A stretch of DNA of 44,692 nt, the filler included, from Jimgerdemannia flammicorona (lineage: Eukaryota): NCBI GenBank assembly GCA_003990765.1. It is 2 parts of 2 records of this genome, joined end to end, with 100 filler letters (N's around TTAATTAATTAA, not from the genome) between each part and the next. Parts side by side here need not be neighbours in the genome. Positions count along the whole stretch, not along the records: positions 22,398 to 44,692 come from RBNJ01001309.1; 1 more part is not named here. One strand, written 5' to 3'. Shown here one piece after another: positions 35,363-44,692 of this stretch. Position 1 is the first letter of the stretch. Each line of letters begins with the position of its first letter. The notes beneath the pieces are model-generated. The model did no database searches, was not told the origin of the DNA, and saw only the letters and a program-made list of their open reading frames with translations. Made by a program: the position numbers and the translations under genes.

Positions 35363-38300
35363 TGCAGAGTAAAAAAAAAATGAGTAAACTGGACCAATGT
35401 ATGATTAAGGGCTGCTGTTTTGTTTTGCTTATGATACAGCAGGAAAGAAAATGAACAAAGAAAAAGAGTAAAAAAAGAAGAGAGAATAAAAGAAAGGGTG
35501 ATGTCACTAAAGTGTGGTAAGAGTGAAAAATGAACAAAAGAAAGGGTGATATCACCAATTTACAGCAGAGTGAAAAATGAACAAAAGAAGAGTGATGTCA
35601 CTAAAGATTTTGTATGGTCAATCTGGATGAGTCAATCTGGATAGATCAATCTGGATGGATCAATCCAGATGGAATAATCTAGATCAATCTGGATCAATCT
35701 GGTTTAAATCATGAGACCAATCCAAGTTGAATTGAATCCATCATATGATGAATCTGAATCAAACCTCATCTAGATCAATTCCATCTATTCAGAGTACTAC
35801 TTTTGAGAGAGGTGGAACATCCTTTGATCTGTCCTGCTATGGCTCCCATTATAATAGAGATGGTATTCCTGGCCCATATATTGTCTTCTGACCTATTATC
35901 TGCTAGGTTGATTTAGGGATTAAGTCAGGGATCATTTCTATCTTCAGATACTTCTTCCTCTTCTGTGATAGACTCTTCACTCTTCATATATTCTTCCTGG
36001 ATGATGACCTTCTACTTCTTCTTTGATTGCTTAAAGCTAATTACCTTAACTCTATACTTCTTGCCTTGGTAATCAAACTTGAGTACTTGTTGGCTGATAT
36101 CAATAACTATATTCATCTCCTTCATCTAGTTGGTGCTAAGAATTATGTCATAAGTAATAGCTTCAGTGATATATAATAGCTTTTGGAATAAAGTACTGAA
36201 TGTATTCCAGTGAGATAGTAATGTTTCACACTTCTCCAAGGAGTTGAGTTCAGGCTCCATCTGTTACTATAATGCTGAGGCTGGATAGTCTATTAATGGG
36301 CCATTGAAGGGTGTCCAGAAATCATTTAGCAATAATACAGATGATTGCTCCTGTATATATGAGGATTTTTGTCTTTTGTCCTCTAATATCTATATGTAGA
36401 TAGGTGTTGATATATCTTTCTGCAGCTTGAATAGAGGTGGAAGCAGATTCTTGCTATATAATTGGGACTTGGCCAGAGCTAGATCTGGTGGTCCTCAGTA
36501 ATTTATTTCAGACTCTAGCTGATATCAGTTACAGGAACTGCAGGAGAGGAACTTCTATCTTAACTTCTTGAATCTTTTGCCAGGCTTCATTATAGATATC
36601 TCTGGGTATGGTCTTTGGGGTGTACTTTTTCTTAGACTTCAGGGTTACAGGCTCATGTTCCTCTTGCTCCATTTTTTCATCTTCTGGATATAGCTCATTT
36701 GTTTTGAGAACAAAAGATAAAGAAGACCAGGGAGGTGTTTCTACTTGCTTCTCTTCATGTTTTTCATCTTTCTCTTAAATTCTTCTACTGGTATTTCTGG
36801 TGGGTCTTATCACAGGTCTCTTCCTTTTCTCTGCTATATAGACTGTCTTTCTGGTGATAACTTTGGCTAGATATAAGTCTAGGTCACTGTAGTCTTCACT
36901 GTTGCTTTTCTCTTCAAAGTCTTCAACAGAATAGACCTCAGACTTCTTATACTAGATTTCAATCCTTCAATTTGGTAATTCTGAATCTCTTTGGTCACTT
37001 CTTTTGTTGTTATATTCAGTGGTATAGTGTCTGAATTGTCCACAGTAAAAGCACTGGACTTGAGCTCTGTCTCAGACAGGATATCTTCTTCTTCTTGCTG
37101 GTAGCTCCTGTTATCTCTAGGTGGATAACCTTGGTACTTTTGTGGTATGTACCCTCTGTTGTCTTGTGGGTAGCTTTAATTTTCATATTTAGTGAGTTTT
37201 TCAATCTGTCCAACTAATTAGTCCAACTTGAAAATGAGGTCTTGAATTTCACTTCTGTCCTTCTTCTATTCTTTGGCTGACTTTCTTTTCTCAGATCTCT
37301 CATATTCTTAGAGGAGTCCTTGTAGGGCTTTGACCAGAATATCTTCTTTGTCATCCTTCTTATTATAGTCACTTTAGGTAGTTCTTTATCTGATATCAAA
37401 AAATCCTTAGACTATATCTACTTGCTCTTTAGATTTCTTGATACCTAGGATATAGATATACTGAGTAATATTTGGTAGGATCTCATTCATGAAGATTATT
37501 GGACCTATAATGTCTTGGTTGGTAGCATTGAACCTAGCAGTATACATTCTCTTCTGGATACTTGTGAAGAATGCTTTGGGTGATTCTCTAAGATTTATCT
37601 TCATTCTCATAATAGATTCTTAAGCCTTGTGGCAGGTCTCATTTTCTGCATAATTTTCAATGAGCTAGTGAGTCATGATATCATACTCTGCTAGTCAGAT
37701 TGGTGCTGCTTAGATGGTTGCTCAAAGGTCCGAGTTTATTTCATTCAATGCTTGAGTAAAAATACCTTTGGCTGGTTCTCTGAGTTGAGTCTTATAGATA
37801 GTGACTTTTCTTTCAGGAGAGAGATTCTTCAGAGCTGCAATTCCTTCAATTCCATAAAGGAATTCTCTCTGAGTATCCTGTATAGGTTGGCAGTAGGGTG
37901 GTCATTTTGTTATTACTTTCTCTAACTCTGATTCTAATTCTAATTTTGATTCAATTTCTGAATTGTTACTAGAGTTTGAAATACTTGGGTATCCTGAGGA
38001 TAGAGTTGGAGATCTTGAGTAAGATGGAAAAGGTCTGTGTATTCTTAAAGGAGCTACTTCTTGGTCTTCTTATTCTTTAACAGCTAGAGTAAAGATTTAA
38101 TGGGTGAAATTGGTAAGTCTTCTACAGGAAATCAGACTTATTTAATGAGGTCTTCAAGTAGTTTTACAAGCTCATCAAAGATTTTAGTAGAGCTGTCTGA
38201 ATAATCTGGTTGATCTGGTTGGTCTAGTAATAAGTCTGTTGGTACTGACTGGAGATTCTATACTGTACTAACTTCTTGTTAGGATCCTTCTGAAGCTAGG

Positions 38301-38452
38301 TAGTTAGCAAGTCTTGAAGTAATTACTTCTCTTTCTGTCTAAATACTAGTGATGGCTAGTTCTACTATAGTGACAGAGATTGGTATTATATCAAATATAT
38401 TCAATTTAACTGTGGGTTCTTATGAGCTGAAAAGTTACATCAATTTAAAATC

Positions 38453-38470
38453 TTCTCAGTTGAGCCCTCA
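38453..38470 (-). promoter_or_regulatory. Primer-binding site, tRNA-Pro-like (decayed)
   Basis: Minus strand TGAGGGCTCAACTGAGAA, 2 nt after the LTR end ...TTACA; compare the canonical Pro PBS TGGGGGCTCGTCCGGGAT. Confidence 0.65.
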
Positions 38471-38472
38471 AA

Positions 38473-39780
38473 TGTAATATGCCCAGTTCAATAAAGGTAA
38501 ATTACAAGATTGTGGGGTTGGTATAGTTTGACTTGAGCCCCTAGTTACTTTGTTAAAAGCAACAAAATATTTTAAGATTTCTGAGGTCCTTAGTATTTAG
38601 TGATATAATAGTCAAGTCTGAATACAATAGTCAATTTCCTTATTGGGACAGTTCTCTGAGTATACATAGTGGTGATTTGTATATATGTGGTATAATATGC
38701 ATAATGGTCTGATAATTTAGTGGTTTTCCTATATAATTTCTATAAGATGATCTCTGTATAGTATAATAATCTTATTTCCAAAAGTATACAATTTCTGATA
38801 TAATAATCTTTACAGTGTTTTATATTTGGCAGAGAACTTGGTTTGATGCAGATTCTCCTGAATTAGTAGGTCTCTTAAATAATGGTAGATAACTTTGATA
38901 ATATGGATAATTCAGATAACTTAGATGAAATGGAAATTCTTAGCAAGTTATATCAAAGACTGGCTTTGTTTAAACATGGTTATTATAGAGTGGCTCCACC
39001 ATAAAGTTATGTTAGATAGACTGGCTTGTAGCCAGATTTCTTATAGTAGGCTCTCTGAGAATAGCAGATGGTATGAATTCTTTCTGAATTGATAGACTTC
39101 TCTGAAAATAACTTAGTTTCTCTTCTCTTCTCTTAGCAAAGTTACGTCAATACTAATTTTATTTATATAGAGTTATATTAAATACTACTTTTACTGCAAA
39201 GTTGTATCAAAAGACTAACTTTGTGACAATAGATAGACTTTCTGGAAATTAACTTAGATTTGCTTCAGACTTATCTAGCAAGTAAATCAAAATATAGTAA
39301 ACTCTTATTTGTATTGAAAAGTAAACTAGAGTGGAAAGTAAGCTTACAATCTCCTAGTAGTGACTATAGAGTTTCTCTTAAAGTGTAGTAGATAGACTTG
39401 TCTTTTGCTTTTTGCACTTTTCAAATTCTTCTTTATATTGGAAAGTGAACTGGAGTTAAAATGTATTCTGAATTTGGACTGAGGTTTATTCACTCTTATC
39501 TCTGGGGTATTTTATACAGTTGTAGTTACTATTTGGTTACTATATTACTAATTATAGATTACTATCTATGGTAAGTATTCCTGGATGAGACAGTGTACTG
39601 GACCAGTATAGTGTACTGGTTTAGTATAGTATACTGGACTAGTACAGGTAAATATACTGTTTCTAGTATCTTTAGCTAATTATACAGATTGATACAGTAA
39701 GGCAGTCTTGATTGCTTAGTATACTAGATATAGTATATGGCTAATTTATAATTTCAGTAGTACAATTCTGCTACTTATCA
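38473..39780 (-). repeat. 5' LTR of the minus-strand Gypsy
   Basis: TG...CA termini on the minus strand; homologous to 24428-25955; adjacent to the PBS. Confidence 0.8.
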
Positions 39781-39803
39781 TACTATATTGAACTATTTAA
39801 GAT

Positions 39804-39942
39804 TAGTCAAGTCCTTCAGGACTACTGATACTTGAAAAAATTGAAATGATACAGAGAAGATTAGCATGGCTCCTATATAAGAATAATACTATCTTTCTGA
39901 GTAGTTAGCTCTATATGGGCAAGTTTTTTTTTTAAAAAAAAA
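39804..39942 (+). pseudogene. U6: U6 snRNA retropseudogene
   Basis: 5' hairpin AGTCCTTCAGGACT, then AAATTGAAATGAT-ACAGAGA-AGATTAGCATGGCTCCTATATAAGAATAATAC (U6 core with transitions). T10 followed by an A-run. 13-bp TSD AACTATTTAAGAT at 39791-39803 and 39943-39955. Confidence 0.9.
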
Positions 39943-41705
39943 AACTATTTAAGATCTTAGAGAAATATAGTCTTATATATATAAGTTGAATCTTCTAATA
40001 ACTCTAGAAAAGATCTATCTAGTATTTCACATATTTAACCTTTAGCTATAAACTATTACAAAGCTACTCAGTTGTATCAATTATTAATTACCTTCACAAT
40101 AAATATGACATAAGTGAGAAGCTGGAAGGCATATAGTATATACATATATTGGCTTAGTGATGCTTAAGAATAGGAGAGTGCCATAGATGTTAAATGTGAC
40201 TTCCAGCTATAGCAGCAGATTGAGGTCCCAATATACTGGGTTTCTTACAGTTTATATATACTGAAAACAGTTTCAAAAGAAGAACAGTACAGTCTCTAGA
40301 TCTAATTATTATTAACTAAGAATTAGAATATAAAGTTAATTACATTTTAGATTACAAGAACTGCTAATTTAGATGAGTTGTCAAGCTCACTCAGTACTAT
40401 CTTATGAAATGGAAAAGATATTCTAAGTGTAATACTATATGAAAAAAAGAAAATAACCTTTTATTAAGTGTCAAAGAAGTAGTAATCTGATATAGATATC
40501 TGGTATAATGGAAATTCTGACAGAATTTCCAAAAGATGGTTATACTTCTAAATATCTTTGATATAGAGAAGAATAAATAACATAAACAATCCTATATATA
40601 TAACTTACTACAATATAAATATATATTAAAGATAGTGAGAATAAACTAAGAATAAGAATATGTTACTATTCTTATAGTTATTAAATATTAATAAAATTCT
40701 ACCAAACTGCTCTCTGTCAATATATAAATCTCTAGAGACCTAGACTCTAATAAAGTCCAATAATATCTTAGAAGAATTTAACATTTTCAGACCTTCTATT
40801 ATAATAAGAATTGAAAGAGTAATATGAGATTAAATATACCATCTATCAATAAGCTACTCTCAGTAGTATCAAGTAATAAGTCTGCTATTTTATTAACAAT
40901 AATATATATATTATTGCCAAAAGACTTTATGTTCTTTTCTATATCTGAGTCTAAGTTTTTGATCATCTTTATAGAGTATTCTAGGAGAATATTACTAATT
41001 TGAATAATGAATAATAAAGTGATATCATCTTTCAAATAGTTCAGTATATTGCTCTTCAGTTTGATAAATATTTAGAATTTAGTATCAAATCCAATAAGTA
41101 GATACAGATAAAGAAGGAAAGAATATAATAAATTATTACATATAAGCTACTAGAATTTCTGACAGAAATACTGATAGAAATTCTTATAAAAACTCCTATA
41201 TAATTTTCAACTAATCAATATAGATACTAAATATAGTATATATAATTATATATAAATATATCTAGTATACTATATTTAGTTATAGCTTTAAATTTATATA
41301 AATATTATTTATACTAAATATATAGTAACCTTAGCTCTACTTTCTCTAAATATAAGAATAAAGTAGTATTCTTATTATAAAACCCTCAGATATAACTACA
41401 TATTTAATAATTCTGAGTCTGATTAACTTAAAATACAAGACAGTACTTTTACTAGTATAAGAATCCAAAAGTAATACTTGAACTATACTATTATAATAGA
41501 TAATTAGAACTTAGTACTTTTTTATATGAACTTAGAACTTAGGGTCAATAGTTATCTTAATTATCTCTAATAATAATTCTATCAGTATATAGTTTTATTA
41601 TAAGAATTTATATAAAAGAAGCTTATAATCTTCTTAACAATTACTTTTAAGTAGGTATTTCTCCTAAGTATTTTAATTCTTTCTAAATCAAGTGACTTTT
41701 AATAA

Positions 41706-44252
41706 TATAATATGCCTGACTCAATGGAGGCAAATTACAAGATTGGGGGTTGGTGTAGTTTGGCTTGAGTCCCCAGTTACTTTGTTAAAAGCAATAAAAT
41801 GTTCTTGGTGTTTAGTGGTATAATAGTCAAAGCTAGATATCTGCAAGCAATTTGTGTGTCAATTTTCTAATTGGGATGATTCTCTGGATATAGTGACAAT
41901 TTGTATATAAATGGGTTTTCTTTTTGGGTCAACTGGAAATTGGTATAATTTCATATATAGTACAAATGATTTCCTTCTTAAGTGATAGAAAATTTCTGTA
42001 TAGCATGGTAAGTTTCTTATGCAGAACAATCTGGCAATTTAGTGATTTCTTTCTTGAGTAATGAGTGATTTCTGAATGATGATCTCTATATAGTATGATG
42101 ATCTCTATATAGTGCAGCAGATTTCATATGTAATTTGGTGAATAACTAGATTTGGGCATGGCTTCTCTAAAATGGTAGTTTGGGAATAGAAGATGGTACA
42201 GATTCTTCTTACTGAGAATTGTACTGGCAGCAGATTTTTCTTGGGCTTACTGGGAACAACTAATAACTTGGATGACATGGGTTCTTCCTGAATCAGTGGG
42301 GTTCTTATGGGAATATCAGATAACTCAGATATTGCAGATTCTTCTTAACCAGCAGCTCTCTAGGAAATAACTCAGATGGTATGGATTCTTCTGAATTGGA
42401 CTCTTCTGGGAATAATAACTCAGGTTCTTGGCAAGTTCTGTCAAAGACTGGTTTCATTTGTATGAATGAATCACTGTGAAGTTGTATCAAGAGACTGGCT
42501 TGTGGCAAGGTTCCTTAAAGGCTCTCTGAAAATACAGGTAACTTCTTCAGACTTATCTGGCAAGCAAACCAAGGCTTTGTATTAGAAAGTGAACCAGAGT
42601 GGGAAAGGAGCAAGGCTCACAATCTCCTAGTAGTAGCTATACAGAAGATGTTTCTTCTATATATTGCAATCCCTTATGAATCAAGTGGCTTTTGGCAAGC
42701 ATATCTCGTGAAGTATAGTAGGCAGACATATCTTTTACTTTGTGTTTCGGAACTGAGGTTTATTAACACTTGTTTCTGAGATATTTTATACATTGTGGTT
42801 GCTATCTGGTTGCTATCTAGATAATTATAGATTTATCATTTCTGGTAATGTTTGGGTGTATTCTTAAGATATAAGTATGTCTACAGGACATGAGTGTGTC
42901 TGCCAGACACCAGTGTGTCCTCAGGACATAATAAATAACCCTGATTTAGTATCCTGGCTAATTATAAGTATGATGTGTATGGGTAACTATCCTATGCTGG
43001 GTTTATATCATCTGGCTATATTATGCTATTTGATCATTACATCAGCCTCCACTGAAGGATAGTCTGTCTCAGCTATTCTTCAGTCATCATCCTAATAAGT
43101 ATAAATAGCTTCTGCATCTATACCTGTTTCATCATCTTTATTGTCTATATTAGGGTCACTCTATTCTAAAGGCTTCTCTTCTTTCTCAGGGTCTAGGGCT
43201 TCTATGAAGTTGGTGGCATCTTCTACTCATTCTTAACAGGTTGTATGTCTGATGAGAGCTAGGATGCCTTCTTCTAAATCATAGATCTTGAAGGTCCTTC
43301 TCCCTGGCTTTTTGGTCTTGCTTTTTTGGTTCTGACCTCCATTATCTTCTCTTTTCAAGATGTAGATTGCAACATCATGACTGAGGTGAATCTTCTGATG
43401 TCTGCAGTCTCAGCAGTCTGGGTGTCTTCTATGATTATAATATCCCATTGCTTGGAAATGATGTTCCTGGTTGTTAATTTTTTATTGTCTTGGAAATTGG
43501 TATCCATCTTGGTCATAAGTTGGAGGAAGATTGGACAAGAGGTATACTTCTCTTCAGGTGAAGAGACCTTGTCCTCTGAATTGACTTTGCAACTTAGTGG
43601 TAACTTCTTTAAAGGTAGTTGAATGTGCAACAGTATTCAGGGATTCTAGTCTCTGGGGTCTCTGTCTCTCCTATTGGTCTAGTAGATGGCACTGATAGCA
43701 GTAGTCTTGGGGAGAGTAGAAGACCATTTGGTGTGGACATCTTCCTAGCCAAAATGCCTTCTCTTGATGAGTTTCTTTCTTAGAAATAATGGGAATTATA
43801 CTGGGTCCTTATTCTATATTCCAAGGGTCATCATCTTCAGGTAATGTCCAGTGAGAGTTATTCTAGGAGATGTGTTCAGGGACCTCTTCTTCTTCAGATG
43901 CTCCTTGTTCAGGAACTTCATGGTCAGGAACTTCTTTGTCAGGAACTTCTTCTTTCTTGGATGATTCTTGGCTCCAAATTACATATACTTCTGCAGCTTC
44001 AGCTGCAGGTGTTTCGGGAATATGTCTGCATTTTTACTTCTTCTTTCTGCACTCTGGGCAGGCTATGCCAGGCGAATTCCTTATCTCAATGATCTTGAAG
44101 GAGTGCTCAGGACACTTGTATCTCTTGAGGCAGGTAGGGCATCCTTTGATTTCTCCTGCAATGGCTCCAATGGTAATGGGGACAGTGTTCTTGACCCATA
44201 CATTGTCTTCTGGTCTGTCATCTACTAGGTTGATCCTGGAATTAAGTCTGGG
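41706..44252 (-). mobile_element. Internally deleted Gypsy copy: 3' LTR (41706-43041), PPT, extra-ORF tail fused to post-protease Cys-rich region
   Basis: LTR homologous to 24428-25955; PPT complement TCAGCCTCCACT at 43042. 43190-44252 is collinear with 27930-28829 plus 35808-35930. dUTPase, RT, RNase H and IN are absent. Confidence 0.87.
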
Positions 44253-44692
44253 CACCTTTCACTGGTAACATTCAGGTGACACAAGGCTCAGACAACACTT
44301 TTGGCAATGTTTTTGGTGAAAGGCGACTAGCAATATGTAGAGCAATGAACATACTGGTGCGCATACTAGGTCAGGTAGACCTAGGGCCTTCGACTGGCAG
44401 CAGGTGGGGAGGGGTTTTTTCCCGGGGATGGGGGCCTTTGGAGGGCCAAAGAGCGGAGAAGGCTCTGGAGGGAGACCAGTATCTGGTGGCAATGAGGGAA
44501 GATGAGGTTTGGTGGAGAGGATATGTGAACAGAGTGGTGGGAGGGTGAGAATTGTATTTGATAGAGTAGTGTTTCATCAAGAAGGAGTAGGGGGGAGGGG
44601 CCCCCCTAGGGGGATTGGATAGAGGGTGGGTTCACTGTACTTATATGAGATAGATGGGTGTAATAAAGAAAGAGTCCAAGTGACTATAAAAA
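44253..44692 (+). mobile_element. Bipartite non-autonomous LINE derivative (~440 bp: 5' end joined to 3' end)
   Basis: CACCTTTC..GGTAACATTCAGGT.ACACAA and GACTGGCAGCAGGTGGGGAG match the LINE 5' region. 44535-44692 matches the LINE 3' end through GAGTCCAAGTGACTATAAAAA. The tail runs off the window. Confidence 0.85.

Larger units (their letters stand above)
28830..35799 (+). mobile_element. Complete hAT DNA transposon, 6970 bp, with cargo gene
   Basis: Perfect 13-bp TIRs TAGTACTCTGAAT (28830-28842) and ATTCAGAGTACTA (35787-35799). 8-bp TSD CTTTTGAG (28822-28829, 35800-35807). Subterminal repeats at both ends. Empty-site paralogue at 44101-44170. Confidence 0.96.
26840..39780 (-). mobile_element. 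Gypsy element (5' LTR, PBS, gag, PR, Cys-rich insert, dUTPase, then integrase; RT/RNase H deleted), split by the hAT
   Basis: LTR 38473-39780; PBS; knuckle CFYCGQFRHYTTEY ~37010-37052; protease ILIYTGAIICII and YDIILSTN* ~36125-36370; dUTPase ~27520-27752; integrase N-terminus/core 26840-27360, homologous to 22830-23345. Confidence 0.87.

Noticed and set aside
39804..39942. Functional U6 gene
   Set aside because: It has multiple transitions in the internal stem-loop, an A-tail and a TSD, which indicate a retrocopy.
39960..41705. Very AT-rich region with ORF 40799-41035
   Set aside because: No recognisable motifs; probably an old hypermutated repeat.

Overview
Eukaryotic, most likely fungal, repeat-dense DNA with no recognisable intact host gene. 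It is a nested transposon graveyard eroded by C-to-T/G-to-A transitions, with strong CpG loss and many CpA-to-TpA changes. It contains: (i) five decayed Ty3/Gypsy LTR-retrotransposon pieces, two with a dUTPase downstream of the protease; (ii) an L1/Tx1-like LINE family, comprising one full-length copy with a 16-bp TSD, a second large copy and two fragments; (iii) several poly(A)-tailed non-autonomous retroposons, including a VNTR-filled SVA-like unit, a 5'+3' bipartite LINE derivative and a U6 snRNA retrocopy; (iv) hAT DNA transposons. The most notable element is a complete 6.97-kb hAT (28830-35799; 13-bp TIRs, 8-bp TSD). Besides its intron-containing transposase it carries a convergent multi-exon cargo gene with the motif layout of a TET/JBP-like Fe(II) dioxygenase. 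All protein calls come from manual motif recognition of degenerate sequence, not database searches. Boundaries without a TSD or TIR are approximate. There is an assembly gap at 22278-22397.
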